From assembly GCF_040807025.1 (NCBI RefSeq), contig NC_090970.1, forward strand, positions 837,359 to 901,358: 64,000 bases of DNA, given 5' to 3'. The stretch's first letter is position 1; each line of letters begins with the position of its first letter. The DNA comes from Struthio camelus (taxonomy: Eukaryota). The position numbers were made by a program, and so were the translations under genes. Shown piece by piece: positions 10,960 to 23,099 of the stretch. The notes beneath the pieces were generated by a model that was not told where the DNA came from, did no database searches, and was given only the letters and a program-made list of their open reading frames with translations.

Positions 10960-12060
10960 GGGGCCCCGGCGTCCGGGAGGGGCCCCGGCGTCCGGGGGGG
11001 GGCCCAGGGGTCCGGGGGAAGGGGACCCAGGTGTCCGGGAGGGGCCCAGGCGTCCGGGGAGGGGGCCCAGGTGTCCGGGAGGGGCCCAGGCGTCCGGGGA
11101 GGGGGCCCAGGTGTCCGGGGAAGGGGCCCCGGCGTCCGGGGAGGGGGCCCAGGTGTCCGGGGAAGGGGCCCAGGCGTCCGGGGAGGGGCCCAGGTGTCCG
11201 GGGAGGGGCCCCGGCGTCCGGGGAGGGGGCCCAGGTGTCCGGGGAAGGGGCCCAGGCGTCCGGGGAGGGGGCCCAGGTGTCCGGGGAGGGGGCCCAGGCG
11301 TCCGGGGAAGGGGCCCAGGCGTCCGGGGAGGGGCCCAGGTGTCCGGGGAGGGGCCCAGGTGTCCGGGGAGGGGCCCAGGTGTCCGGGGGAGGGACCCAGG
11401 CGTCCGGGAGGGGGCCCAGGCGTCCGGGGAAGGGGCCCAGGCGTCCGGGAAGGGGCCCAGGCGTCCAGGGAAGGGGCCCAGGCGTCCGGGGAGGGGCCCC
11501 GGCGTCCGGGAGGGGCCCAGGCGTCTGGGAGGGGGCCCAGGCGTCCGGGAGGGGCCCCGGCGTCCGGGAGGGGGCCCAGGCGTCCGGGAGGGGCCCCAGC
11601 GTCCAGGGAAGGGGCCCAGGCGCCCGGGGGAGGGGCCCAGGTGTCCGGGGAAGGGGCCCAGGTGTCCGGGGGGGGCCCAGGCGTCCGGGGAGGGGCCCAG
11701 GCGTCCGGGGGAAGGGGCCCAGGCATCCGGGGAGGGGGCCCAGGCGTCCGGGAGGGGCCCAGGTGTCCGGGGAAGGGACCCAGGCGTCTGGGGAAGGGAC
11801 CCAGGCGTCTGGGGAAGGGACCCAGGCGTCCGGGAAGGGACCCAGGCGTCCGGGGGAAGGGGCCCAGGTGTCCGGGGAAGGGGCCCAGGTGTCCGGGAAG
11901 GGACCCAGGCGTCCAGGGAGGGGCCCAGGCGTCCGGGGAAGGGGCCCAGGCGTCCGGGGAGGGGCCCAGGTGTCCGGGAAGGGGCCCAGGCGTCCGGGGA
12001 GGGGCCCAGGCGTCCGGATGAGGGGACCCAGGTCTCCGGGGAAGGGGCCCAGGCGTCCGG
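10960..12060. repeat. 21-bp minisatellite (G-strand) filling APEX1 intron 2
   Basis: ggggcccaggcgtccggggaggg... starts 3 nt after the exon-2 donor. Confidence 0.9.
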
Positions 12061-12153
12061 GGGAGACCCGAAACGCCGGCCCTCGAAGACCTGACGGACC
12101 CAGGCGTCCCGCACCCGGGGGGGGGGTGGGTGGGCCGCGCCGGTGTCGCCCAG

Positions 12154-12346
12154 TGGGTGCAGGAGGAGGCGCCGGACGTGCTGTGCCTGCAGGAGACCAA
12201 GTGCGGGGGGGCGGCGGTGCCCCCCGAAGTTCGGGCCCTGCCGGGCCTCCCCCACCAGTTCTGGGCCAGCGCCGAGGGCAAACCGGGCTACAGCGGCGTC
12301 GGCCTGCTGGCCCGCCACGAGCCCCTCAGCGTCACCTACGGCATCG
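12154..12346 (+). CDS. APEX1: APEX1 coding exon 3
   Basis: [64 protein letters not shown](G) matches human [65 protein letters not shown]. Donor g|GTGAGC. Confidence 0.9.
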
Positions 12347-12389
12347 GTGAGCCCCCCGGCCCGCCCACCCGTGATACCCCCCCCAAAGC

Positions 12390-13250
12390 CTCCTTCTGCC
12401 CCCCCTCGAAACCGCCGGCTGCTCCGTCCTGCCCCCTGCCGAAACCGCCGGCTGCTTCATGCTGCCCCCCGCTGAAACCGCCGGCTGCTTCATGTTGCCC
12501 CCCACTGAAACCGCCGGCTGCTCCATGCTGCCCCCCACTGAAACCGCCGGCTGCTCCATGCTGCCCCCCACTGAAACCGCCGGCTGCTCCATGCTTCCCC
12601 CCACCGAAACCGCCAGCTGCTCCATGCTGCCCCCCCTGCCGAAACCGCCAGCTGCTTCATGCTGCCCCCCACTGAAACCGCCGGCTGCTTCATGCTGCCC
12701 CTCACTGAAACCACCGGCTGCTTCATGCTTCCCCCCACCGAAACCGCCAGCTGCTCCATGCTGCCCCCCACCGAAACCACCGGCTGCTCCATGCTGCCCC
12801 CCTGCCGAAACCGCCGGCTGCTTCATGCTGCCCCCCACTGAAACTGCCGGCTGTTCCATACTGCCCCCCTACCGAAACCACCAGCTGCTCCATGCTGCCC
12901 CCCACTGAAACCACCGGCTGCTTCATCCTGCCCCGCACCAAAACTGTCGGTTGCTCTATGCTGCCCCCCACTGAAACTGCCAGCTGCTTCATTCTGCCCC
13001 CCCACCGAAACCGCCGGCTGCTCTATGCTGCCCCCCACTGAAACCGCCGGCTGCTCTATGCTGCCCCCTACTGAAACCACCGGCTGCTCCATGCTGCCCC
13101 CCTGCCGAAACCGCCGGCTGCTCCATTCTGCCCCCCACCGAAACCGCCAGCTGCTCCATGCTTCCCCCCACTGAAACCGCCGGCTGCTCCATCCTGCTCC
13201 CCTGCCGAAACCGCCGGCTGCTCCATGCTGCCCCCCGCCGAAACCGCCGG
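12390..13250. repeat. About 39-bp tandem repeat (TGCCCCCCACTGAAACCGCCGGCTGCTCCATGC)n of about 22 copies in APEX1 intron 3
   Basis: Read directly. Confidence 0.9.
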
Positions 13251-14246
13251 CCCGCACCGCTCCGCCGCCCATCCCCTCTCTCTCCCCCCACCCCGTGCCC
13301 GAAACGCTCCCGCCTCGCTCCCCGTCGCCCTCTCCCCAAAAACACCCCGTCTTGCCCCGAAACGCCCCCTTCTCCCCCTCCCGACGCTCCCGCGCGCTAC
13401 CGGCTGCGCTCCCGCCGCCTTCGCGTACTCCCCCCTACCCCAAAACGCTCCCTCGTTACCCCAAACGCTCTCTTAGTGCCTTAAAACGCTCTGTTACTGC
13501 TCTTGGGTACTTCCTAGTACTTCTAGGTACTCCTCGGTGCTTCCCGGTGCGCCCCCGATACCGTTTCGGGACGCCACGAAACCCCTTGGTACCCCCCAAA
13601 TACTCCCCCTACCCCAAACTCTTCTCCCACCCCCCAAATTACTCTTTCCCTATCCCAAAACGCCCTTTGTTACCCCCAATACTCCGCCGGTACCCCGGAA
13701 TACCCGTGAGTACCCTCGAACATCTCCTCGCTCCCCCCGAAACATCTCCTGGTGCCCTTAAAAGCCCCTTCAACGCGTTGGTATGTGTCCAACCCTCCCT
13801 TGATTAGACCTTAATTACTCCAAAATACTCCTCGGTGCCTCTAGGTCCTCTTCGAGTACTCGAGGATGTTTCTTAGTAGGGTTAAACGCCTCTTTAGCGC
13901 CCTGAGGTACTTTTGGGTGTCTCAAAGGTGGGGTTAATGCTCCAGCATCGTGCTGGTGCTCCTGAGTACTGCCTTGGTGGTCCAGGGTGCTCCCTGGTGG
14001 CCCTCAACGCCCGTTAAACGCTCTGGACCGTCACCCAACGCCCGTAAACGCGTCCCGGCTTGGCCAAAAATACTCGGGGGCGTCCATAAATACCTGCCCG
14101 AGAGCGTTTGCCGTCCTGTACGGTCCTCGCTCCGGCGGCCCAGGTCATCTGCTGGCGCCTCCAACCGCCTCCCCGCACCTCTGGCGTCCGTCTACCTCCC
14201 GCGTCGACCGGTTCCCACCGCCGCCGCCGTGTCCCTCTTCCCGCAG

Positions 14247-14761
14247 GTGACGAGGAGCACGACCGCGAGGGCCGGGTGGTGACGGCCGAGTTCCCCGCTC
14301 TCTACGTGGTGGCCGCCTACGTGCCCAACGCCGGCCGGGGGCTGGTACGCTTGGATTACCGGCGCCGCTGGGACGTCGCCCTCCGCGCCTTCTTGGCCCG
14401 CCTGGACGCCCGCAAGCCGGTGGCCCTCTGCGGCGACCTCAACGTGGCCCACGGCGAGCTCGACCTGCGCCACCCCCGGGCCAACCGCCGCTCGCCCGGC
14501 TTCACCGCCGAGGAGCGCCAGGGCTTCGGCGACCTCCTCGACGCCGGCTTCCTCGACTCCTTCCGGCACCTCTACCCGGCCGTGCCCCACGCCTACACCT
14601 TCTGGACCTACTTGGGGGGCGCCCGGGCACGCAACGTGGGCTGGCGCCTCGATTACTTCGTCCTCTCGCGCCGCCTCGAGGGAGCCCTCTGCGACAGCAA
14701 GATCCGCTCCAAGGTGCTGGGCAGCGACCACTGTCCCATCACCCTCTACCTCGCCCTATAG
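14247..14761 (+). CDS. APEX1: APEX1 coding exon 4 (terminal; TAG stop 14759-14761)
   Basis: Acceptor ccgcag|gt. [170 protein letters not shown]. This is the 171-aa ORF 14108..14761 in the track. Confidence 0.95.
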
Positions 14762-14849
14762 CGGCCCCCGCCCTCAGCCCCTAAGTCCGGCCCCCGCCGG
14801 GCTCTCTTGGCCGGCGGGCCGCGGTGGCCGCGTCGCGCCCTGCTCGGCC

Positions 14850-16470
14850 GTAGGGTCACCCTAGTCCCCGTTAGCCTGGTCTATATGGGTCTGTGGGCTT
14901 CTCCGGGGGGGTTGTGGTGGCCACATCACACCCGGCTTGCCGTAGGGTCACCCTACAGCCCCGTTAGCCTGGTCTACGTGGGGCTGTTGGGTCATGGTGG
15001 CCTCCTCAACCTCCACTTGACCCTATAGTCGTTCTATGTCCCCATTAGCCTGGTCTATATGGGTCTGTGGGCTTCTCTGTGGGGTTGTGGTGGCCACATC
15101 ACACCCAGCTTGCCGTAGGGTCGCCCTACAGCCCTGTTAGCCTGGTCTACGTGGGGCTGTTGGGTCCTGGTGGCCACCCCAACCTCCACTTGACCCTATA
15201 GTGACTCTGTGTCCCTATTAGCCTGGTCCATATGGGGCTGTCGTTGTCTCTGCTGGGTTGTGATGACCACATCATGCCCTACTTGGCCATAGGGTCGCCC
15301 TACAGCCCCGTTAGCCTGGTCTACGTGGGGCTGTTGGGTCCTGGTGGCCACCTCAACCTCCGCTTGACCCTATAGTCGTTCTATGTCCCCATTAGCCTGG
15401 TCTATATGGGTCTGTGGGCTTCTCCGGGGGGTTGTGGTGGCCACATCACACCCAGCTTGCCGTAGGGTCGCCCTACAGCCCCGTTAGCCTGGTCTACGTG
15501 GGGCTGTTGGGTCCTGGTGGCCACCTCAACCTCAGCTTGCCCCTAGAGCCCCCATACTGCCCCATAAGTCTGCTCTATAGGGGATTATCATGTTTCTTCT
15601 GGGCTCACGATGGCCCCCTCAGCCTCCGCGCTGACCCTATAGCCCCCCCACGGCCCGGCTATATGGGCCCGCCGTGCCGGTCTTCGGGTGGCAACGGTCC
15701 CACCAACCTCCGTTTGGTCCTATAGCCGCCCTACGCCCCCCCTCCCACGGCGCTATATGGCCCCCGCGCGTGCTCGTGGGGCAGATACGGCCCCGTATGG
15801 CCCCTCCTGCCTATGGGGCAGATATAGCCCCAGGACCCCCCCCCCCCAAAAATCCATACCGCCCCATAGGGACCTCCCCCAGCTCCTGTGGACCCATAGA
15901 GACCCTCCGTGCAGCCCCTATGCCCGCCGCCTGAGCCTATAGGGCCCTATAGGCTCCTCCGCTCCATACAGCCCTATATAGGCCCCCTACAGCCCCCTTG
16001 ATCTATACAACCCTACTTAACCCCTATAGACTCCTCATCTATATGGCCCTACATAGCTCTCCTGCCCCATATAGACCCCCCATAACGCCCCTGAGCCCTA
16101 TAGCTCCCACCAGCCTATATAGACCCCATGCTCCTTATAGCCTCCCCCCGACCCCTATACACCCAATTCATATAAGCTCCCCCCCCCAGACCCTATAGCT
16201 CCCCCCGACCCCTACAGGCTCCCCCCCAACACCCGTAGCCCCCCTGACCCTTATAGACCCCCCTGGCAGCCCTATAGTCCCCCGTGACCCCCTATAGCCT
16301 CCCCCAACCCCTATAGATGCCTCTAACCCCTATAGACCCCCCCCAGCCCCTATAGATCCGCCCCCCAAACCTATAACTGCTCTGGCTCCTCTAGAGTCCC
16401 CTGAAACCTATGGAGACCCCTATAGCCCCCCCACCCCCTATAGCTCCCCTATAGCCCCCCCACGGCCCGG
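14850..16470. repeat. About 180-bp tandem repeat of 4 copies (14850-15560; ...CCCGTTAGCCTGGTCTACGTGGGGCTGTTGGGTCCTGGTGGCCACCTCAACCTCCACTTGACCCTATAGTC...) followed by a CCCCTATAG-rich low-complexity tract (15560-16470), downstream of APEX1
   Basis: Read directly. Confidence 0.85.
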
Positions 16471-16559
16471 CCGGCCCTCAGGGATCCCCCCCCCCCACGG
16501 CTATTTTTTTAACTTTCCTGAAACTCCCCCCGAGGGGGCAATAAACCTGGCGAGAAACC

Positions 16560-17740
16560 GCGGCCCCCAGGCTCTCCGGGGGCCCAGGCGTCCGGGGAGG
16601 GGCCCAGGCGTCCAGGGAGGGGACCCAGGTGTCCGGGGAGGGGCCCAGGTGTCCGGGGGAGGGACTCAGGCGTCCGGGGAGGGGGCCCAGGCGTCCGGGA
16701 AGGGGGCCCAGATGTCCGGGGAGGGGCCCAGGCGTCCGGGGAAGGGGCCCAGGTGTCCGGGGAGGGGCCCAGGCGTCCGGGGAGGGGGCCCAGGCGTCCG
16801 GGGAGGGGCCCAGGTGTCCGGGGGAGGGACCCAGGTGTCCGGGGAGGGGCCCAGGTGTCCGGGGAAGGGCCCAGGCGTCCGGGGAAGGGGCCCAGGTGTC
16901 CGGGGCAGGGACCCAGGTGTCCGGGGAGGGGCCCAGGTGTCCGGGGAAGGGCCCAGGCGTCCGGGGAAGGGCCCAGGTGTCCGGGGAGGGGCCCAGGTGT
17001 CCGGGGGAGGGGCCCAGGTGTCCGGGGGAGGGACTCAGGCGTCCGGGGAAGGGGCCCAGGTGTCCGGGGGGGGGGCCCAGGTGTCCGGGGACAGGGGCCC
17101 AGGCGTCTGGGTGAGGGGCCCAGGCGTCCGGGGGGGGGCCCAGGCGTCCGGGGAGGGGCCCAGGCGTCCGGGGAGGGGGCCCAGGTGTCCGGGGAGGGGG
17201 CCCAGGCGTCCGGGGAGGGGCCCAGGTGTCCGGGGGAGGGACCCAGGTGTCCGGGGAAGGGGCCCAGGCATCCGGGGAAGGGCCCAGGTGTCCGGGGAGG
17301 GGCCCAGGTGTCCGGGGGAGGGACTCAGGCGTCCGGGGAAGGGGCCCAGGTGTCCGGGGGGGGGGCCCAGGTGTCCGGGGACAGGGGGCCCAGGCGTCTG
17401 GGGAAGGGGCCCAGGCGTCCGGGTGAGGGGCCCAGGCGTCCGGGGAGGAACCCAGGCGTCCGGGGAAAGGGCCCCGGTGTCCGGGGAGGGGCCCAGGTGT
17501 CCGGGTGAGGGGCCCAGGTGTCCGGGGAGGGGCCCAGGTGTCCGGGGAGGGGCCCAGGCGTCCGGGAAGGGGCCCAGGTGTCCGGGGGAGGGACCCAGGT
17601 GTCCGGGGCAGGGGCCCAGGCGGCCGGGGGAGGGACCCAGGCGTCCGGGGCAGGGGCCCAGGCGTCCGGGTGAGGGGCCCAGGCGTCCGGGTGAGGGGCC
17701 CGGGTGTCCGGGGAGGAAAGAACAAAACGGGCCCAGGCGT
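16560..17740. repeat. 21-bp minisatellite (G-strand), APEX1-PIP4P1 intergenic
   Basis: Read directly. Confidence 0.9.
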
Positions 17741-17747
17741 CCGGGGC

Positions 17748-17753
17748 TTTATT
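17748..17753 (-). terminator. AATAAA polyadenylation signal on the minus strand (candidate PIP4P1 3' end, about 1.95 kb downstream of its stop codon)
   Basis: TTTATT on the plus strand at 17748-17753. It sits in the only AT-rich patch (17745-17815) between the convergent APEX1 and PIP4P1 genes. Confidence 0.4.
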
Positions 17754-17979
17754 TACAGTCTGTTCCCTTCCCCCACTGCGCGCGGAGGAGCAATTAATTA
17801 AATATTTATATACAGGGGGCGGGGCTTATGTACAGCAGAGGGTGGAGCCTTACAGAGGGGGGAGGGGCTAGCACCCCCCAGGGCATTGTGGGATGGGAGG
17901 GGCGCTCCTTCTCGTCACCAATTGCATGCTGGGAAGAAGAAGGGCGGAAGCAGGTCCCGGGCGCCGAACCGGGGGGGGG

Positions 17980-18150
17980 GGGGGACCAAGATGGCCGCCG
18001 AGGGAGAGAGCGTCCGTCCAAGATGGCTGCCCCAAGATGGCCGCCGCCGCGGAGGGCGTCCGTCCGACACCCATCCAAGATGGCCGCCGCGCTGGGGCTC
18101 GGGCCGGCCAAGATGGCCGCCGCCGCGGAGGGCGCCATTCCAAGATGGCC
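17980..18150. promoter_or_regulatory. Cluster of 6 CAAGATGGCCGCC motifs (YY1 core AAnATGGC) followed by 4 copies of GGCGTGTCGA
   Basis: ccaagatggccgcc at about 17987, 18020 (ggctgcc variant), 18034, 18076, 18109 and 18139. Unique, non-minisatellite sequence in the presumed PIP4P1 3'UTR / APEX1-PIP4P1 convergent intergenic region. Confidence 0.35.
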
Positions 18151-18299
18151 GCCGGGCCGGCGAGCCTTCAGGCTCGACGAGGCGTGTCGAGGCGTGTCGA
18201 GGCGTGTCGAGGCGGTGGCCACCTCCCCTCGACGCGCCCCGTCTCCAGCCCACGCGTGACGCAGGCGCGTCCAACTGCGACGCGACCGCGCTGCAGCGC

Positions 18300-19690
18300 G
18301 CGGCGACGTGGTGAAGTATGTTGAGCCGTGCCGCGGGACGCCGAGGCGTGTTGAAGCGTGTTGAGGCGTGTCGCAGCACACTGAAGCCTGTTGCGGCACG
18401 TCAGAGCACAATGAAGCGTGTTCAAGTGTGTTGAGGCGTGTCGCAGCACACTGAAGCGTGTTGGGGCCCGTCGGAGCACACTGAAGCGTGTTGAAGCGTG
18501 TTGAGGCGTGTCGCAGCACACTGAAGCGTGTTGGGGCATGTCAGAGCACGCCGGGGCGTGTTGAAGCGTGTTGAGGTGTGTTGCAGCACACTGAAGCGTG
18601 TTGGGACACGTCGGAGCACAATGAAGCGTGTTCAAGCGTGTTGAGGCGTGTCACAGCACATTGAAGTGCGTTGAGGCACGTTGGAGCACGCCGAGGCGTG
18701 TTGGGGCAGGTTGCAGGACACCGAGGCGTGTTGAAGCATGTTGAGGCGTGTTGCAGCACACTGAAGCGTGTTGGGGCCCGTCGGAGCACAATGAAGCGTA
18801 TTCAAGCGTGTTGAGGCGTGTCGCAGCACACTGAAGCCTGTTGCGGCACGTCAGAGCACAATGAAGCGTGTTCAAGTGTGTTGAGGCGTGTCGCAGCACA
18901 CTGAAGCGTGTTGGGGCCCGTCGGAGCACACTGAAGCGTGTTGAAGCGTGTTGAGGCGTGTCGCAGCACACTGAAGCGTGTTGGGGCACGTCGGAGCACG
19001 CCGAAGCGTGTTGAAGCGTGTAGAGGCGTGTCGCAGCACACTGAAGCGTGTTGGGGCCCGTTGGAGCACAATGAAGCGTGTTCAAGCGTGTTGAGGCGTG
19101 TCACAGCACACTGAAGCGTGTTGGGGCAGGTCGCAGCACACTGAAGTGTGTTGGGGCAGGTTGCAGGACACCGAGGCGTGTTGAAACGCGTTGACGCGTG
19201 TCGCAGCACACTGAAGCGTGTTGGGGCACGTCGGAGCACGCCGAGGCGTGTTGAAGCGTGTAGAGGCGTGTTGCAGCACACTGAAGCGTGTTGGGGCCCG
19301 TTGGAGCACAATGAAGCGTGTTCAAGCGTGTTGAGGCGTGTCACAGCACACTGAAGCGTGTTGGGGCAGGTCGCAGGACGCCGAGGCGTGTTGAAGCGTG
19401 TCGGGGCGTGTCGCAGCACGCCGGGGCGCGTCGAAGCGTGTCGGGGGCAGAAGGCCGCCTCGCCGCGCACCGCCCCCAGCGGGCAGGCGTGTTGAAGCGT
19501 GTTGAGGCGGGCGGAAGCGCGGCGCGGGCCCTCACCCGGGCAGCACACGCGTGACGCAGCGCGCACACGCGTGGCCGAGCGCGTCGAAGCAGCAGCAGCA
19601 GCTCCGGCGGCGGCGGCAGCCCGGGGACTGGGGCGGGGGGCAGAGGCGGCGCGCCGAGGCGTGTTCAGGCGTGTCGAGGCGTGCGGAGGC
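18300..19690. repeat. About 40-bp (about 120-bp higher-order) tandem repeat GCGTGTTGARGCGTGTYGCAGCACACTGAAGC immediately 3' of the PIP4P1 stop codon (presumed 3'UTR)
   Basis: Read directly. Produces the spurious ORFs 18168-19568. Confidence 0.85.
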
Positions 19691-19694
19691 GTGT

Positions 19695-19838
19695 TCAGGC
19701 GGGGCCGGGCAGCGGGTGGCTCACGCGGACGCAGCCCCAGTAGCCGGCGCGCAGCAGGCAGGCGCCGGCCCCGGCCACCAGCAGGGCCCAGGCGGCGTGG
19801 AGCCCCCCGAAGCGCCGGGCGGCCGCCCACGTGCCCAC
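19695..19838 (-). CDS. PIP4P1: PIP4P1 exon 7 (terminal; TGA 19697-19695)
   Basis: Acceptor cccgcag. VGTWAAARRFGGLHAAWALLVAGAGACLLRAGYWGCVRVSHPLPGPA* matches human [47 protein letters not shown]. Confidence 0.85.
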   Translation of the reverse strand: MGTWAAARRFGGLHAAWALLVAGAGACLLRAGYWGCVRVSHPLPGPA

Positions 19839-19839
19839 C

Positions 19840-21110
19840 TGCGGGCCCGGACGCCTGGGTCCCTCGGCTCGGACGCCTGGGCCCCTCCCCGGACGCCTGG
19901 GTCCCCTTCACCGGACGCCTGGGCCCCTCCCCGGACACCTGGGTCCCCTTCACCAGACGCCTGGGTCCCTCCCCGGACGCCTGGGTCCCCTTCCCCGGAC
20001 GCCTGGGTCCCCTTCCCCGGACGCCTGGGCCCCTTCCCCGGACGCCTGGGCCCCTCCCCGGACGCCTGGGCCCCCTCCCCGGACGCCTGGGTCCCCTTCA
20101 CCGGACGCCTAGGCCCCTCCCCGGACGCCTGGGCCCCTCCCCGGACGCCTGGGTCCCCTTCACCGGACGCCTGGGCCCCTTCCCCGGACACCTGGGCCCC
20201 TCCCCAGATGTCTGGATCCCCTTCACCGGACACCTGGGCCCCTTCCCCGGACGCCTGGGCCCCCTCCCCGGACGCCTGGGTCCCCTTCACCGGACGCCTG
20301 GGCCCCCTTCACCGGACGCCTGGGCCCCCTTCACCGGACACCTAGGCCTCTTCCCGGACACCTGGGCCCCTCCCCGGACGCCTGCGTCCCTCGGCTCAGA
20401 CACCTGGGCCCCTCCCTGGACACCTGGGCCCCTTCCCCAGACGCATGGGCCCCTCCCCGGACACCTGGGCCCCTCCCCGGACGCCTGGGCCCCCTTCACC
20501 GGACACCTAGGCCTCTTCCCGGACACCTGGGCCCCTCCCCGGACACCTGGGCCCCTTCCCCGGACACCTGGGCCCCTTCCCGGACGCCTGGGCCCCTCCC
20601 GGACACCTGGGCCCCTCCCCGGACACCTGGGCCCCTTCCCCGGACGCCTGGGCCCCCTTCCCCGGACACCTGGGCCCCTTCCTGGACACCTGGGCCCCCT
20701 TCCCCGGACACCTGGGCCCCTCCTGGACACCTGGCCTCCTCCCCGCACGCCTGGGTCCCCTTCACCGGACTCCTGGGCCCCTTCCCGGACACCTAGGCCT
20801 CTTCCCGGACGCCTGGGCCCCTCCCCGGACGCCTGGGTCCCTTCCCCGGACGCCTGGGCCCCCTCCCCGGACGCCTGGGTCCCCTCCCCGGACGCCTGGG
20901 CCCCTTCCCCAGACGCCTGGGCCCCTCCCCCGGACACCTGGGCCCCTCCCCCGGACACCTGGGCCCCCTCCCCCGGACACCTGGGCCCCCTCCCCGGACA
21001 CCTGGGTCCCCTTCACCGGACACCTGGGCCCCTCCCCGGACACCTGGGTCCCCTTCACCGGACGCCTGGGCCCCCTCCCCCGGACGCCTGGGCCCCTCCC
21101 CGGACGCCGG
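19840..21110. repeat. 21-bp minisatellite filling PIP4P1 intron 6
   Basis: Read directly. Confidence 0.9.
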
Positions 21111-21124
21111 GGCCCCTCACTCAC

Positions 21125-21215
21125 CGCCAGGCCGGCGCCGGCGGCCGCCATGAGCAGCCCCAGCAGGAAGCAGCAGACGCAGCGTCTCCGGGGGTAGCGG
21201 CGCCCCACGGCCGAC
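21125..21215 (-). CDS. PIP4P1: PIP4P1 exon 6
   Basis: (V)[30 protein letters not shown] matches human [30 protein letters not shown]. Donor gcg|GTGAGT. Confidence 0.88.
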
Positions 21216-21445
21216 CTGGGGGGGGGGGGGGGTCGACAAGGGACCCAGGCGTCCGGGGAGGGGACCCAGGCGTCCGGGCCCGGATCCCCCCCCCCCCTCC
21301 CTTCCCCACCTCCAACCTCCCCGTCCAGCACCCACGGGGGAGCCCAGGCGTCCGGGCTCCCCCCCCCTCCCCCCCGCCATGAAGGGACAGGGGTGCCTGG
21401 GGCCCCTCCCCCGCCGCGAGGGGCCCAGGCGTCCGGGGCACTCAC

Positions 21446-21498
21446 ACTTTGCGGCAATGGGGGCACCGGGCCAAGGTCCGCTCCGAGAACTCCGTCCA
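21446..21498 (-). CDS. PIP4P1: PIP4P1 exon 5
   Basis: [17 protein letters not shown](V) matches human [18 protein letters not shown]. Acceptor cccgcag, donor gt|GTGAGT. Confidence 0.9.
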
Positions 21499-21519
21499 CT
21501 GCGGGGGGGGAGGGGGCGT

Positions 21520-22920
21520 CAGGGACCCCGGCGTCCGGGTGCTGTGACCCCCTCCCCCCCCCCACCCCGCCACACACCCCCAAGGGGCCCCGGCGGCCGG
21601 GGGAGAGAGGGGCCCAGGCATCCGGGGAGGGAAGGGGCCCAGGCGTCCGGGGCGGAAGGGACCCCGGTATCCGGGAGGAGAAGGGGCCCAGGCGTCCGGG
21701 AGCAGAAGGGACCCAGGTGTCCGTGGCGAGAAGGGGCCCAGGCGTCCGGGGGGGAGAGGGGCCCAGGCATCTGGGAGGAGAAGGGGCCCAGGCGTCCGGG
21801 GGGGAGAAGGGGCCCAGGCGTCCGGGGGGGAGAAGGGGCCCAGGTCTCCGGGGAGGGGCCCAGGTGTCCAGGGAAGGGACCCAGGTGTCCGGGACAAGGA
21901 CCCAGGCGTTCGGGGCAAGAAGGGGCCCAGGCGTCCGGGGCGGAAGGGGCCCCGGTGTCTGGGGCAGGACCCAGGTGTCCGGGGAGGGGCCCCGGCGTCC
22001 AGGGTGAAGGGGCCCAGGCGTCCGGGGCGAGGAAGGGGCCCAGGCGTCCGGGGCGAGAAGGGGCCCAGGCGTCCGGGGGGAGAAGGGGCCCAGGCGTCCG
22101 GGGGAGAGAGGGGCCCAGGCATCCAGGGGGGAGAAGGGGGCCCAGGCATCCAGGGGGGAGAAGGGGGCCCAGGCATCCAGGGGGGAGAAGGGGGCCCAGG
22201 CGTCCGGGGGGGAGAAGGGGGCCCAGGCGTCCGGGGCGAGGAAGGGGCCCAGGCATCCGGGGCGAGGAAGGGGCCCAGGCGTCCGGGGCGAGGAAGGGGC
22301 CCAGGCGTCCGGGGCGAGGAAGGGGCCCCGGTGTCCGGGAGGAGAAGGGGCCCAGGCGTCCGGGGAGGAGAAGGGGCCCAGGCGTCCGGGGCGAGGAAGG
22401 GGCCCAGGCGTCCGGGGCGAGGAAGGGGCCCAGGCGTCCGGGGAGGAGAAGGGGCCCAGGCGTCCGGGGCGAGGAAGGGGCCCAGGCGTCCGGGGAGGGA
22501 AGGGGCCCCGGTGTCCGGGAGGAGAAGGGGCCCAGGCGTCCGGGGAGGAGAAGGGGCCCAGGCGTCCGGGGGAGAGGGGCCCAGGCGTCCGGGGCGGAAG
22601 GGACCCCGGTGTCCGGGGGAGAGGGGCCCAGGCATCCGGGGCGGAAGGGACCCCGGTGTCCGGGGGAGAGGGGCCCAGGCGTCCGGGGCGAGGAAGGGGC
22701 CCAGGCGTCCGGGGAGGGAAGGGGCCCAGGCGTCCGGGGAGGAGAAGGGGGCCCAGGCGTCCGGGGAGGAGAAGGGGGCCCAGGCGTCCGGGGAGGAGAA
22801 GGGGGCCCAGGCGTCCGGGGAGGAGAAGGGGCCCAGGCGTCCGGGGAGGAGAAGGGGCCCAGGCGTCCGGGGCGGAAGGGGCCCCGGCGTCCGGGGAGGG
22901 AAGGGGCCCCGGCGTCCGGC
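21520..22920. repeat. About 27-bp minisatellite variant (GGGGMGARAAGGGGCCCAGGCGTCC)n filling PIP4P1 intron 4
   Basis: Read directly. Confidence 0.9.
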
Positions 22921-22924
22921 TCAC

Positions 22925-23030
22925 CAGGAAGGGGCTCCCGCAGTGGCCGCACGCCACCCGCCGCCCCCCGGGCTGCGGTTCGGGGCTGGGGGCTCCCGCC
23001 TGCACCGGGCCCAGGTTGATGATGCGTTTG
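22925..23030 (-). CDS. PIP4P1: PIP4P1 exon 4
   Basis: (C)[35 protein letters not shown] matches human [35 protein letters not shown]. Donor ctg|GTGAGC. Confidence 0.9.
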
Positions 23031-23099
23031 CTGGCGGAGGAACACAAACTGGTTAAACTGGGAGGACTGGGAGGACTGGGAGAGGCCGCTGGGAGCGGC

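Larger units (their letters stand above)
8539..14761 (+). other. APEX1: APEX1 gene (AP endonuclease 1 / Ref-1), complete CDS in 4 coding exons
   Basis: Spliced product MPKRSKKEAAADGDGGEEAAAETG|[55 protein letters not shown]|[17 protein letters not shown]...[21 protein letters not shown]|[15 protein letters not shown]...[21 protein letters not shown]...CGDLNVAH...[11 protein letters not shown]...SFRHLYP...YTFWTY...NVGWRLDYF...[23 protein letters not shown]. All ExoIII/APE catalytic motifs are present. Head-to-head with OSGEP, as in human. Confidence 0.93.

Noticed and set aside
13260-14246. Unique, lower-GC segment in APEX1 intron 3 that might host a snoRNA or small RNA
   Set aside because: No C/D (RTGATGA...CTGA) or H/ACA box arrangement or tRNA-like cloverleaf could be recognised by eye. 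Left unannotated.
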